Assembly: GCF_001194135.2 (NCBI RefSeq)
Contig: NC_068994.1
Span: 21,431,628-21,495,627, forward strand
Reading direction: 5' to 3'
From: Octopus bimaculoides
Lineage: Eukaryota
Length of the DNA: 64,000 nt
In this document: positions 49,150 to 62,584 of the stretch, one piece after another
Layout: the number at the start of each line of letters is the position of its first letter
How positions within the stretch are numbered: the first letter of the stretch is position 1
Position numbers and translations under genes: made by a program
The notes under the pieces: generated by a model
Databases searched by the model: none
What the model saw: only the letters and a program-made list of their open reading frames with translations
Told to the model about the DNA's origin: nothing

Positions 49150-50130
49150 ACTCATCGCTGATTCCCAGGTGTGGATGATGGAAGAGCCAAATTTGGAAAG
49201 CTGGTGATTATAGTCACAATGAGACATATAGGTATGTTAGAATGTATTTCTTTACATGTGGGCCGAGGATTAAAAATTTCACTTCTGCTATTCAGATAGA
49301 TACCTGGGTGCTGAACATTCTTTAATTTGGCTCTTTTCTCAGCTAGGCATAATCTGCACCTCCTGCTGCTATAGAAGTAAGCTTTGCATTTCTTCAATAT
49401 CTTCCACTTTGTGTTGCATTCCATGGTGGTTTCTTTCAATGACCATATGTACTTGGTCAGGGTTGTGGAATTTCGTCTCTCTGGGATGTTGAAGGAGGCA
49501 TTGTGGTTGTTGTATTGGGTTCTGAAGGGGCCTTCAGGTGCTCATACATACTTTTGCATGTTTAGTTGCGCATTTGGTTCAGTTGTTGTGACCTCTGCTT
49601 CACACACGATAGTTTCTACCCCTAAATAGGCATCCTGCTTCTGTTTCAGGTGTGGACCTACCTACTAATATCTTTTTTACATTAGGTGCACGGTTAAAAG
49701 AAACCCTCGGAGTGTGCCTCTATATATATTACTGAATCTATTTGTACAAGAGTAGCATTTGCTTACTAAGCTAAGTATATCTTACCTACATGCGTTTTAA
49801 TGCTTAAAGTGAAGGGAGGTGTAAACCACAACACTTTCCTGTGGCGTTTTCTCTTGGAGGGGTTAGGGTCTGGTGTATAAAAACTCCTTTCTTTAAAACC
49901 ACCAAATATTTTAAGAAGAAAAGATCAAAGGGTGCAAAAGTCGCAGCACATACAATTCTTACCACCGCAATCCTTTCCTCTGCAGGCAATGACACTAAGA
50001 GCACTGTTAGCTTAGGTGCACCTTTTATCCTGCTTAAAATAGCAGTCACATCTACCTGTCAACATCTTGGAAACTTTTTTTTTATCTCTTGAATGTAATT
50101 CTGGAGTGAAGTCGATCATGAACTTCTCAA
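49150..50130 (-). mobile_element. Penelope-like element 3' part (linker and GIY-YIG)
   Basis: KRKRHRKVLWFTPPFTLSIKTHVGKIYL; KWKILKKCKAY..SSRRCRLCLAEK...LNSRSEIF. Confidence 0.88.
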
Positions 50131-50871
50131 AGTTTGTGAAATGGCCAATATTCAATCTTTTTATAGCCTTTCATTTGTGTAGTGACTTCATCTCTCTCTC
50201 TCATCTTTTACTTCTGAAAATAGTAATAGTTTAGCTATTCAAGCTGCCTTGTCCTTTGTTTCACCTCCATATACCATTTGGTTTTCTCAGCTTGAAACCA
50301 GTTTTGCAGTGAATAAAATTTCTTCAGATACGTGCCAATTTTACCATTTTAGTCAATGTTTTGCTTCCTGCCTTAAACAGTGAAGTCAAAGATTTGATTA
50401 CCAACCATAACCTACACATTATATTCCAACACATATACTAGACAGCAAAACTCAGTAAACACCTTGATTATATTTCACAGTTTACTGTAGGTATACAATA
50501 TATCAAGTGCATTGGAAAATTCCTTCAACAGAAATAGCAGCTAACATGGCCCAGCAGAAGCTGGCAACACAATAATGAATAGCAACTATATTGCACACAT
50601 GACTTTGCAAAAGAGACTCTTTTAACTTTTTCTGTACAGATTTTTACGTTTACTTTCATTTCATTTCTATTTAGGGGGGAAAAAAAACTGTTCTGTTCTG
50701 CAAACATCATTTGTTCACAAACACACATCTTTGCAGCAGACATGTCCAAAGTCAACAAATTTTTCTGCTGACTTCAGTGGCAGCCAGTTGCACATAAACA
50801 TCCTTATTACAATGTGTTCCATATTACTGGTTAATTATACACCATCCATTTATTCATACTATTTACTATTC

Positions 50872-50904
50872 TAATACTACTACTACTACCATTACTACTA
50901 CCAT

Positions 50905-50956
<52 letters not shown>

Positions 50957-51645
50957 GCTACTGCTGCTGCAGCTACCACCATGCTGCCACTACTGCCGTC
51001 ACCACCACCACCNNNNNNNNNNNNNNNNNNNNNNNNNNNNNNNNNNNNNNNNNNNNNNNNNNNNNNNNNNNNNNNNNNNNNNNNNNNNNNNNNNNNNNNN
51101 NNNNNNNNNNNNNNNNNNNNNNNNNNNNNNNNNNNNNNNNNNNNNNNNNNNNNNNNNNNNNNNNNNNNNNNNNNNNNNNNNNNNNNNNNNNNNNNNNNNN
51201 NNNNNNNNNNNNNNNNNNNNNNNNNNNNNNNNNNNNNNNNNNNNNNNNNNNNNNNNNNNNNNNNNNNNNNNNNNNNNNNNNNNNNNNNNNNNNNNNNNNN
51301 NNNNNNNNNNNNNNNNNNNNNNNNNNNNNNNNNNNNNNNNNNNNNNNNNNNNNNNNNNNNNNNNNNNNNNNNNNNNNNNNNNNNNNNNNNNNNNNNNNNN
51401 NNNNNNNNNNNNNNNNNNNNNNNNNNNNNNNNNNNNNNNNNNNNNNNNNNNNNNNNNNNNNNNNNNNNNNNNNNNNNNNNNNNNNNNNNNNNNNNNNNNN
51501 NNNNNNNNNNNNNNNNNNNNNNNNNNNNNNNNNNNNNNNNNNNNNNNNNNNNNNNNNNNNNNNNNNNNNNNNNNNNNNNNNNNNNNNNNNNNNNNNNNNN
51601 NNNNNNNNNNNNNNNNNNNNNNNNNNNNNNNNNNNNNNNNNNNNN

Positions 51646-51710
<65 letters not shown>
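50872..51710. repeat. (CTA)n/(CCA)n and (CA)n microsatellites flanking a gap
   Basis: Directly visible. Confidence 0.95.
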
Positions 51711-51713
<3 letters not shown>

Positions 51714-51749
51714 TGTATGAAGTTCTGAAATATTGTTTATATATTTAAC

Positions 51750-52250
51750 TGTTACCCTGAATGTAACAAAGTTGACTTCCTGGATGTTGCCCTAGACTTC
51801 AAGGTAGGAAAGTACTACTCTTACAGAAATCCTAATGAACAAACTGTTTATATCCAGAGATACTCCATTCAATCCTCACCTGTAATTAGAAACCTGGTTA
51901 CAGACATTAGCAGAAGAATTTCCAATCTATAATTAGACAGAAAGATCTTCAACAGGCACACACCCTATTGTAGTAAGGTGCTAGCAAAGAGTGTATCTAC
52001 TGATAAGTTAATGCTTATAGAGAATCCTCACTCCAACACCCAAACCTGAAAAGTGTTAGAAAGGGAAAGTTCATGTGGTTTAATCCTCCATGCATTCTAG
52101 GTGTTTTCACTCATGCAGCTAAGAGCTTTTTGACTATAGTAGACTGCATTTTCAAAGAATCCATATGTAATATAAACTCTTTAATGCTTGTAATGCCAAG
52201 GTTAGCTATTCATGCTTAGATAATATCACTTCCAACTTGGCATGTTACAA
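51750..52250 (+). mobile_element. Penelope-like RT C-terminal fragment
   Basis: VDFLDVALD, YRNPNE..VYI, DISRRISNL, KFMWFNPP. Confidence 0.8.
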
Positions 52251-53139
52251 TAGAGACAAACGCCCTATTTTATAATAAAGGGAGAAAATATTGGAAGTTT
52301 CATATATAATTTTCTTCATAGGGGAAGTTACACGCTAAAGGAAAGCAGGGGAAACTATGCTTCTTGCATTTGAATGAAACTGAAAACTTTTATTTCAATC
52401 TTCACTTCAACTTTAATATTTTTAAGCTTCCACTTCTTGTCCTATACTTTTCCGGGCTCAAATTAATAGTATATATATATGCGCACGCACACACACATGC
52501 ATGCATGCACAGCAAGTATCCTGTTAGGTATAAAATGTCCATTCAAATTTCTTCTGAGACAAACCTTTCGACATAATTTCATTTACAAAAGAATCTTTAT
52601 ATAAAACAAAATCACATGGGTTAAACAAACTTTAGTTAATATCAGATGCTGAAACATTTTAGTAAACCAAGGTGTAGAACTGTTTCAAGTGGTGGATCTC
52701 AACACTCTAGATAATAGGGTATTCATGAGGAATACTAATGCTAATCCACTCCACAAATTACAACACTCAGTAAAACACACAAATGACACCTATTATATAC
52801 CAATAAAGGCACTCAAGTATTAGAACGGATAAATATGAAATTTTTAAAACCACTTACAAGAGAACACAAGTAAAATACCAAACTACACACTGGCAGTCAG
52901 AATATCTTGCAAAAACACTAGAATTAAAGCCTCATCAATATGATATTACAAATCCCAAAGCTTCAGAATGCATCTGTACTTCAGACAACTATTGTTTTAT
53001 ACAGATTTCAACGTAAGCATGAAACTAGTAAACTACATGTTTCATTAGGCATGCAAGTATAATGCTTCCTTGTTGGTTGACCCATGCATATTCAATGACA
53101 AAGTATTGGTTTCAAATTTTAACACATGACCAGCAGTGT

Positions 53140-53850
53140 CAGGTGAGAGGTTTGTTGATTACATCGATCCCAGTGTTCAACTGGTACTTATTTTATTGAC
53201 TCTGATAGAACGAATTGCATAGTTGACCTCAGCAGCATTTGAACTCAAAATGTAAAGTTGGGAGAAATGCTGCTCAGCATTTTTCCCAGCACAGTAACAA
53301 TTCTGCAAGCTCACTGCCTTCAATTCAATAACAAAATATTCTTTTCTACTCTAGGCACAAGGCCCGAAATTGTTGTGGAGGTNNNNNNNNNNNNNNNNNN
53401 NNNNNNNNNNNNNNNNNNNNNNNNNNNNNNNNNNNNNNNNNNNNNNNNNNGGGGGGGGGGGGTCAGTCACTTAGATTGACCCCAGTACACAACTGATACT
53501 TAATTTATCGACCCCAAAAGGATGAAAGGCAAAGTTGACCTTGGCGGAATTTGAACTCAGAACATAAAGGCAGACGAAATACAACTAAGCATTTCACTTG
53601 GCATGCTAACGTTTCTTATTTCTTTATTGCCCACAAGGGGCTAAACACAGAAGGGACAAACAAGGACAGACAAAGGGATTAAGTCGATTACATCGACCCC
53701 AGTATGTAACTGGTACTTAATTTATCGACTTCGAAAGGATGAAAGGCAAAGTCGGCCTTAGTGGAATTTGAACTCAGAATGTAACGGCAGACGAAATACC
53801 TCTAAGCATTTCGCCTGGTGCACTAGTGTTTCTGCCAGCTCCCTGCCTTA
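53140..53850 (-). mobile_element. Three same-orientation copies of a tRNA-SINE with a Nin/Deu-like core
   Basis: Repeated CTGGTACTT..ATCGACCCC..GGATGAAAGGCAAAGT.GACCT..GCGGAATTTGAACTCAG; also at about 32860-32980 and 33650-33760. The domain name is from recall. Confidence 0.7.
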
Positions 53851-55434
53851 ATTCAATGACAAACTATAAAATATTGTAACAGAGAGCACAAAACAAGGCA
53901 AGATGGAAAAAAAAAAATAACATCTTATACAGAATTTCACAATAAGTACTTTAACTATGGAAGTTCTAGTAGTAACAAGAGAGATGAAATAAAAACGAAC
54001 AATAACCAAGAGTTGGACATTAAGCAATTTTAAATCTGGTGATAATGATTTAGTAATAAAGATTGTTTGCCAACATAACATGGCAGTCCTGGTTTAGGAC
54101 GAATGTTGCTGTAATTTAGCGCCAGGAGACATCATCTCCAGCTGGCTATACGACACGATCTTTGTCCTTATATTTTTGAACAAGGGAATCTAGCACCCCC
54201 ACTCAGCTCAAAACAATATCTGTGTATCGCGATTTACGGATTATTTCCCTTCATCAACACAAAATAATCGTTTGGCTAGAGGTGGCACTGCCAAATTCCC
54301 ATTCAAAATATAGTTTTCAAAGTGACAACTAGTCACTAATCTATAAATTAGGGTATTCATGATGAATACTAATGATATTCTTGGTCTCTCAACCACCAAC
54401 ACAATGTGCAGTACCATTTTAGCTAATAAATTGATAATAGGTACTCTAAATCCAACATATGTAGCCTACACTAAGCCTCATAAATACTTGTGGAAGTGTC
54501 AATGATAAGGGCTTTAATAATAATCATGGAAAGACATACTACAGAGACACTGATAATATAAATTTTGAGAGTAATAGCAACTATAATGATGATAGTTATG
54601 ATGCAGGCAAAGCCAATAGTTACATTAGTAATATTAATAACAATAAGACTCAAATTACAGTTAATGATTATAACAATATTACACCTATAGAAATAGTATG
54701 TGTAATTGTAGATGTCCTCACAGCTGCCCATTGGATTATAAACCCGTCATTAAGACTATAGTATATAAATGTATTTTAGTTACACCTAAGTTAGTTTATA
54801 CACATATTGGTGCTATTTCAGTGACTTTGAAGGCCTGATTGCATAACCATCTACACAGTTTTTAATCAGAAGGTAAAACTAACTCTCAGGAAAGTTTGGA
54901 GAACTGAAATATTGCAGGATTGCTTATTAAATCTCATGGTCTGTTGTAAAGTGTCAGGCCATACAGAGGTGGAGGAGATGCTTATAGATTATGCTGTATT
55001 GAAGTACTAGAAATTATTAACTATAAAGAGCATATAGTAAGTTTGATGAAATAATAATGTGTCCAGTTAAACTGAAAAAAACTTTCTTATGCTTGAAATA
55101 AATTAACTAATAAATAATAGATATATTTAATCTAAATTAATCTCTTTTTAATGGATGTTCCTTACAGCTACACTAAGATGCTAGTCACCTATATTGTGAA
55201 TCCTATTGACATTATTCCATTTTAATGTATCACTTAAGGAATTGTTGTTATCACACTCTTCCATTACATTATTATCTCCTGAATTGCAAGTCAAAATGTT
55301 ATACTCTACTGAAGTTACACAAGAGATATTCAAATTTTCCATGTTATTAACCCCCACCCCACTTTAGGTAAGATAAGATTACTTATTTGGGGTTTAGATT
55401 TAGAGCTTGGGATGTTATAGCTATTATTATTATT

Positions 55435-56210
55435 ATTGAGTGAGAGAGTAGTGCATGCCATCAAAGTGACACTGGGGTAAAATATACGAAGCCCAGTATA
55501 CCCATCATGACTACCTGTCTGATAAGGGCACACCAGGCGCATGCATCAAAACCATATGTGCACGACATGGTGATCTCATATCACGATAAACAGTGCATGA
55601 CCTTGCAGGTGGGGCCCAGTTAGAATTTTCTTCAGGTCAAGCCCATCCTGTTCAAATGGTCCTTGAATAAGGGTCGTTTAAGGATGTTGAAGGAAACATT
55701 CATATTTCCAGAGGTGAATTATTCAAACCCCAAAGAATTCCTCTCAACACATGGCTATGATGCTCCCCCACTACTTCTGCTCGTGAAGCCCATCTTTTAT
55801 ACCAAGGCAAAACAGTGCACATGATAACACTACCAATCAGTTAAGATCAGAAGCCATGAGAGCCAGTGCCTTTATTTTTATTATTATTATTATCATCATC
55901 ATCATCATCATCATCATCAGTAGTAGTAGTAGTAGTAGTATTGAGTGAGAGAGCAGTGCATGCCATCAAAGTGACACAGGAGTAAAATATACAAAGCTCA
56001 ATATACCCATCATGACTTCCTGTCTGATAAGGGTACACCAGGCACATGCATCACAGCCATATGTGCATGACATGGTGATCTCATATCAAGATAAACAGTG
56101 CATGACCTTGTAGGTGAGGCCCAGTTAGAATTTTCTTCAGGTCAAGTAGCCCATTCCACTTAAAAGGTCTCTGAATTAGGGTTGTTTAAGGATGTTGAAT
56201 GAATCACCCA
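55435..56210 (-). mobile_element. Two tandem copies (55435-55870, 55940-56210) of a non-coding interspersed repeat ending in (AAT)n
   Basis: Both begin on the plus strand with a triplet microsatellite and TTGAGTGAGAGAG.AGTGCATGCCATCAAAGTGACAC and align for about 270 bp. Confidence 0.8.
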
Positions 56211-56439
56211 TTGTAATCTCCCCTTAGTGGTATTTCATCTGTCACTACATTCTTAGTTCAAATTCTGCCATGGGTGACTTTGCTTTCATTCTTTTGGGGT
56301 TTATGAATTAAGTACCAGTTATGAATTAAGTACAGGTTACGGTCAAACAACTGACAAGCAAATCTGGTATTGAGCAGAATACTTGCTGTAGCCCATCTTT
56401 TATAGAAAGACTTATTATTATTATTATTTTCTTTTTATT

Positions 56440-57540
56440 TGTATGCTTGATGCAATCACTTGCTGAGACACACGCGGCACCCTTGGGTAAATGAAGGTTA
56501 AGAGATGTTGAAATATAACTGAAAACTTGGGGAGGGGAAGTGGTGAGAGTGGTACTAAAATAGCTCCAAATAATATAATACAAGCATTTAAATTGATAGT
56601 GTTTTTCTAAGGATGTGAGCAGTACTTCTCGGCACAATCTTTTGAATTTCTTTGAGCCATGGTTCTCCTGGGATGTTGTCTAAATGTTTCTGACATCTCT
56701 TTTTTTTTTTTATTATACCTTGGGTACCTACAGTAACAGCTTTTGCTTTAAGACGCCACATCTTTTGTATTTCAATTTCCAGGCCCTTAATTCTACTAAG
56801 TTTGTCAAATTCCTTTACAACTATATTTTTATCAGTGGGAACACATCTATTAGTCTACTAGTATTTTCTTCCCTGTCTTTAATAATTATGTCAGGTTGAT
56901 CAGCTTGGATCATTCCATCAGTGTTGACTGGAAAATCCTAGAGGTTGGTGTCATTTTTACCTTCAATGATTGGCTCGGGATGATGTTCATACCAGTTAGC
57001 TGGATTGCTGATTATGTCGTATTTATATGTTTTCCAATGTAAATACTGTCCTATTCTATCACATCAATTTTTGTATTTGTTTGGTGTCAGCATAGGACAT
57101 CCTAAAAATAAATTGTCTATTGTTTCATTAAGTGTGTTGCAGAATCTGCATTGAAGAATGTTAGTCTGGTAATATTAGGTAAACAAGCTTTAATCTTGTG
57201 CCACCAATATGAATCTTTCAGTCTCTGCTTTCAATCCTGAACTCTCCAACTTCTGATGGGTTGTTGCTTGGTTTACATCAACGTTTTGACTTTGAAGAAT
57301 ATATTGTCCATGCAAGGGCTTCTGGCTCAACTGCTCCTCAATTTGTTTCCACGCATTCTTTTTTGCAGTCTGCTTGATTCATTTTACTTGCTTGGTAGCA
57401 GTGGTTTCAGCTTCTTCATCTAATTCAGGGTTCATACTAAGTTTACTTTCAAATTTATAAGCTTCTTTGAATATAAAATATGACTTTTTACTGTTCTCAC
57501 GTTCACATATACAAGCTGCAACATCCAGTCCTCAGTACTA
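56440..57540 (-). mobile_element. R4/Dong-like RLE LINE, 3' half
   Basis: KPLHGQY, SGLKAETERFILVAQD, CRFC..ETID....CP, WYEHHPEPIIEG, QPDIIIKD, IEIQKMWRL, TAHILRKTLSI*. Confidence 0.88.
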
Positions 57541-57569
57541 GATTTTTCTTTTCAAGAAATAAATGTGTT

Positions 57570-57700
57570 TTCAGAAAAGTGTAGTCTCATCAGCATTGTA
57601 TGCTTGCTCTGGTGTATAGCCCAATCATTTTTTTCAACCGCTCAGGATTAGTTTCAGCCTCTGTATCAGTACTTGCAGGTCCATCAATCATTTTTATAAC
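57570..57700 (-). mobile_element. Tigger/pogo transposase remnant
   Basis: ASTDTEA...LKKMI / GYTPEQAYNADETTLF*K. Confidence 0.7.
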
Positions 57701-57936
57701 AGGGGTCAACTTTGTCTTTCCTCCTTTCAGAGTCAATCAGTTGAGCATGGATCGATGTAATCTCCCCTTAGTGGTATTTCATCTGTCACTACATTCTTAG
57801 TTCAAATTCTGCCATGGGTGACTTTGCTTTCATTCTTTTGGGGTTTATGAATTAAGTACCAGTTAAGTACTGGGATCACTGTGATCAACTGTCCCCTTCC
57901 CCACAAAATCCAGGCCCTGTGCCTATAGTAGAAAGG

Positions 57937-57981
<45 letters not shown>

Positions 57982-58125
57982 ATAGAAAGGATTGAGGTAA
58001 CTCCTCCTGAAGATATAGAGTCAAAATTAAAAGAAGAGTGCCATTTGCTATCTTGTGAACAATATTTCGACATCTTGTGTGTCTTCCACTGGTTCAAAAA
58101 ATAAATTTGTCAATCTACTTCATTG

Positions 58126-58177
<52 letters not shown>

Positions 58178-58479
58178 ATAATTTAAAACATGTTCCTAAG
58201 ATTAATATTTTTGATTGATGCAATATTATCTACTAAATTTGAAATAGTTGAATAGGGAAGCTTAAAAGCATGACTATTAAAGATTTTTCTGTATCTACTA
58301 GGAGGGAAATTTTTCTAATGTGTTGAAAGATAATCTTGGAATATTTTATATACATATATAATGTACTGTTCTGTGACAGAAAATTCAACAAAAAAAGTTT
58401 TCCATCTGGTATCTGGTGAGAGATAAATATTATTTATCTAAAGGGTACAATACATGTATTAGTAGTGCTTAAATACATG

Positions 58480-60198
58480 TATTGTGCCCTGTAGATAGTT
58501 TCTGTTACCTAGGTGACCAAATTAGCAATGGGGGAGGATGTTCTGAAAGTATCATTTCTAGAATAAGAATTGGGTGGAGGAAATTCAGAGAGCTATTACC
58601 TCCATTGGCAACAAAAGGCCTCTCTCTCAGAATGAAAGGTAGACTATATGATGCTGTTGTAAGAATGGCTATACTCCATAGTAGTGAGACATGGGCTCTG
58701 AATGCTGAAGACATGCATTGACTGGAGAGAAACGAAGGCAGTGAGCTCCATTGGATGTGCAACATCAGTGCAAATGTACTGAGAGAAAAGTTGGGCTTAA
58801 GAGGAATCAAATGTAGCATGGAAGAGAGAAGACTACATTGGTTTGGACATGTGATGTGTATGAATGAGGACAGCTGCATAAAGAAGTGCTGATCACTAAA
58901 AGTGGATGTTGTATGTGGAAGAGAGAGATCCAGGAGGACATGGGATGAAGTGGTAAGGACTGATCTCAGGAAGTTGGACCTCACGGAGGAAATGACAATA
59001 AACCAAGATATCTGGCAATATGAAGTTCTTGAGAAGACCCACCCACATCAGTAAAACTGAGTTCTAGAAGTGCTGAGCCAAACTATGTCTCTACATCCCT
59101 TCTCTTCCTCCCATTTTCACTTCATGTACTATGATTACCTCTCACTCCCCAATCTTGTCCTCTTGGCCCAATGCCACTGTATCATTGCGCTCTCCTTGCC
59201 CCCAATCTATGTGTTCTACTCACATGCCTTGTCTCACTCTATTATTGCCATCTGCTAGCTCCCGACCTGGATGTTCTACCCACATGTAACAAGAAAACTT
59301 TTCCCTCACCGTACCCCAACAAACCAGTTTATATCTCTTCTCTTTCTTGCATTTCCTCTTTCATTCACTATGCCTAGCTCTCACTCCTTGCCTAGTTCTC
59401 ACTTCCCAATCCTTTCCTCACACCCCTGTTACCTCTGTATCATTGCTATCCAGTAGCCCCTCCAACTCTTTCGCCACTTACTTGCACTCTTTAATCGCAC
59501 TCCCTTCGCAATATCCTGTCACTTATATAATGGCATTTGAACCTCAAGGGTATGCTCTGGCACTTGCCACTATCTATATCTTTCTCTTCCTTTACTCAAC
59601 CATCTCATTTATACTCTGATCCCCATTCCTTGTGAGTACGCCCAGCATTTTGCCACCAGCTCCATCCTGCAGTCACCCATTCTCTCTCTCTCTCTTCTTC
59701 TCCTGCTCTTCCCTCAGGTTGGGCAACCATGTATTTTCTTTGTGGTAGAACACCTGTTTCTGTCTTCATTCCTGATCTTTCTCTCTCCGGCCAGTTAACC
59801 TTGTACATCCTCTTCAAGCAAGACACCTGTATCTGTCTCACTATAACCTTTTCATCATCACCTCCTCCAATGCCTCCTTCCCTCTTAAAAGTTTTTGTCT
59901 TGGTAACCCTGTCAGTGCAGGTGCCACTTAAAAGCACCCAGTCTACATTGTAAAGAGGCTGGTGTTCGGAAGGGCATCCAGCTGTAAAAACCTTGCCTGT
60001 GTTTGTGCTACGTAAAAAGCATTACTCACCTTGCCTGTGCTTGTGCCACATAAAAAGTACTAAGTCCACTCTGCTGAGTGGTTGGTGTTAGGAAGGGCAT
60101 ATCCTGCTGTAAAAATCCTGCCAAAACAGTCACAGAAGCTGGTGCAGGCTTCGGCCTGGCCAGCTCTTGTGGTACTGTCCCACCCATGCTAGCATGGA
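58480..60198 (+). mobile_element. 5'-truncated RTE LINE with long pyrimidine-rich 3' UTR
   Basis: VDSFCYLGDQIS..GGCSE..RIRIGWRKFRELLP..KGRLYDA...SETW, ERRLHWFGHV; tail motif GGAAGGGCAT at about 59970 and 60092. Confidence 0.9.
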
Positions 60199-60253
60199 AC
60201 ACCCCCATTGAGTTGAGGGGTCTTGTCTTGCAAGTTACTTGGTGACCTTGCTT

Positions 60254-60850
60254 ATATCATCATCATTATTTAATGGCTGTTTTCCATGCTGGCATGGGTT
60301 GGATAGTTTGACAGGAATCAACAAGACAGAGGATTGTGCCAAGCTCCAATATCAGCTTTGGCACACTTTCTACAATTGGATGCCACTTCACAGAGTGTAT
60401 TGAGTGCTTTTCACATGACACTGGCACAAGCAAGGTCACCAAGTAACTTGCAAGACAAGACCCCTCAACTCAATGGGGGTGTGGGTAATTGAGAAAAGTC
60501 GCTTTATTCCAGGTTATGACAGAGAAATGGAAACAGGTGTCTTGCAGTAGCGAAGATACATAGCTAAGCCAGGCGGAAAAAGAGAAAAGATGGTGAAGAC
60601 CCGCAAGTTACAAGAAGGTGAATGTTAGAGAAGTGGACAGGACGAATGGGTAAGTTCATGAGTGTGTGAAAGGAGAGTGGCAGATGGATAGAGATGGGGA
60701 TAGAGGTGAATTCAGTAAATGATGAACATGAGTAGTACTAGTCAATGGAGAATACCATTTCAGAGGAAGAAAGGGGATGAGGAATGAGAGGTGATGTGGA
60801 GTGAGGTCAGTGTGCAAGAGATACTGTGCTGGGGACAAGGGCCAAAGTAC
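60254..60850 (-). mobile_element. Oppositely oriented RTE-type 3' UTR/tail
   Basis: (CAT)n, then TTTCCATGCTGGCATGGGTTGG; purine-rich plus strand mirrors the pyrimidine-rich UTR at 59050-59900. Confidence 0.6.
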
Positions 60851-60865
60851 AAATGTTTGTATGCA

Positions 60866-61754
60866 TGAGGTGGTATCAAAGACTTCTCAAACTAGTTATG
60901 TTTAATAAAAAATAAATTATTTAATTAACTTTTACCATCATCTCTTTCTAAATAGTCATCTTGTGAAGCAATATACTAGTCCCAGCATCCACACCACTTT
61001 TGGAATCTGAACTGGGGGTCGTTTTCTATAAGTGAGTTGAGGACCTTCAGCGATTCACTCTTGATCTCGACAACAGTGTTAAAACGGTGACCTTTGAACT
61101 GCATTTTCATCTTGGGGAAGAGATGAAAATCAGTAGGTGTTAAATCTGGTGAATAGGGTTGGTGTGGAAGTGATACCATGTTGTTTTTGGTGAGAAACTC
61201 ATGAATGAGGAGAGCTTGGTGAAAGGGTGCATTGTCGTTGTGAAGAATCCAGACATTAGGATTGCCTGCACAGATCCATATGTCAGACCAACATCAGCAA
61301 TGTCATTGATTGTCTTCCAACGATCCTCATGCACAAGCTGATGAATTTTTTTCCACATTTCCAGTGGGTGACGCTCATGACAGGTCTTCAGATTGCTCAT
61401 CATCTTCCAGGGATGTTCTTCTGCTTTTGAAGTCCCTGTACCACTTGAAACATTGTGTATGATCCATTGCTTCATTGCTGTAAACTTGCAGAAGCATGCT
61501 CAATGTCTCAAGTTTAACGCAAGATTTCATGTTGGCTCTTTGTTCCAGCTTCCTTTGCATAACAAAAATTGGAGACTACAGCATACACGTGATCACAAAA
61601 ACACAAATTTCACAACTTGCAAAGTAAACACAGCAATGTCACTCAGCACACTGCCTCATGAAGGTCACTGGTAGCTCTCACTGTGCATGCAACCATGTGC
61701 TACCATCTGTTGGTGCGCTACAGGACTAGTCCAGGAACTTTTGATACCACCTCG
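60866..61754 (-). mobile_element. Internally deleted mariner element with both TIRs
   Basis: TIRs (T/C)GAGGTGGTATCAAA...ACTAGT at both ends; EQRANMKSCVKL, QCFKWYRDFK, IHQLVHEDR, PYSPDLTPTDFHLFPKMK. Confidence 0.92.
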
Positions 61755-61757
61755 TAC

Positions 61758-61791
<34 letters not shown>

Positions 61792-62109
61792 CTTATGTTA
61801 TTTTGCTTCCTTTTATGTCTGTTTTTCCATGCTAACATTGGTTAGATGAATATATTGTTGAGCCATTGTTTTACGCCAGGACACCCTTCCTGTGACAAGC
61901 CCTTACCTCTTTTCCAAGTAAGGGATCTCTTTCTTCACATGTCTTCAAACGTTCAAATCAGTGAGAGATTTATTGATAAGTGAAATAATAATAATGCCAC
62001 TGCTTGTAGCAAAGAAATTTTTGGAGAAGCTATAATATATAAACCAACACTCACACACACACACACTAAATCTATAAAAATATATATAACAGATATGTAT
62101 GTGTGTATG

Positions 62110-62584
62110 AAGGGCTTCTTTCAGTGTCTGTCTATTAAATCCACTCACAAAGCTGTGGTTGGCCAAGAAACAAGCTATGCAGTGAAATTGAACCTAAAAT
62201 TCTATGGTTGGGAAGCAAACTTCTTAACCATACAGCTATGCTTGCACTGAGAATCTGCATACCATCATCATCATCATCATTTAACATCTGCTTTCCATGC
62301 TGGCATGGGTTGGACGGTTTGACTGAGGACTGGTGAGCCAGAAAGCTCCACCAGGCTCGATCTGATCTGGCAAAGTTTCTACAGCTGGATGCCCTTCCTA
62401 ACATCGACCACTCCAAGAGTGTAGTGGGTGCTTTTATGTGCCACTGGCATGAGGGCCAGTCAGGCGGTTCTGGCAATGACCATGCTCAAAAGGTGTTTTT
62501 TACGTGCTACCTGCACAGGAGCCAGTAAGGTAAAGCTGGCAATGATCACGCTTGAATGGTGCTTTTTACGTGCGACCGGCATAT
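62110..62584 (-). mobile_element. SINE 5' half (62110-62250) and RTE 3' tail (62265-62584)
   Basis: Matches the 24713 head and the 950-1320 tail respectively. Confidence 0.8.

Noticed and set aside
49786-50050. Apparent minus-strand exon with strong donor TAG|GTAAGA
   Set aside because: The sequence translates through the site as the Penelope linker (WFTPPF...THVGKIYL), so it is TE coding sequence.
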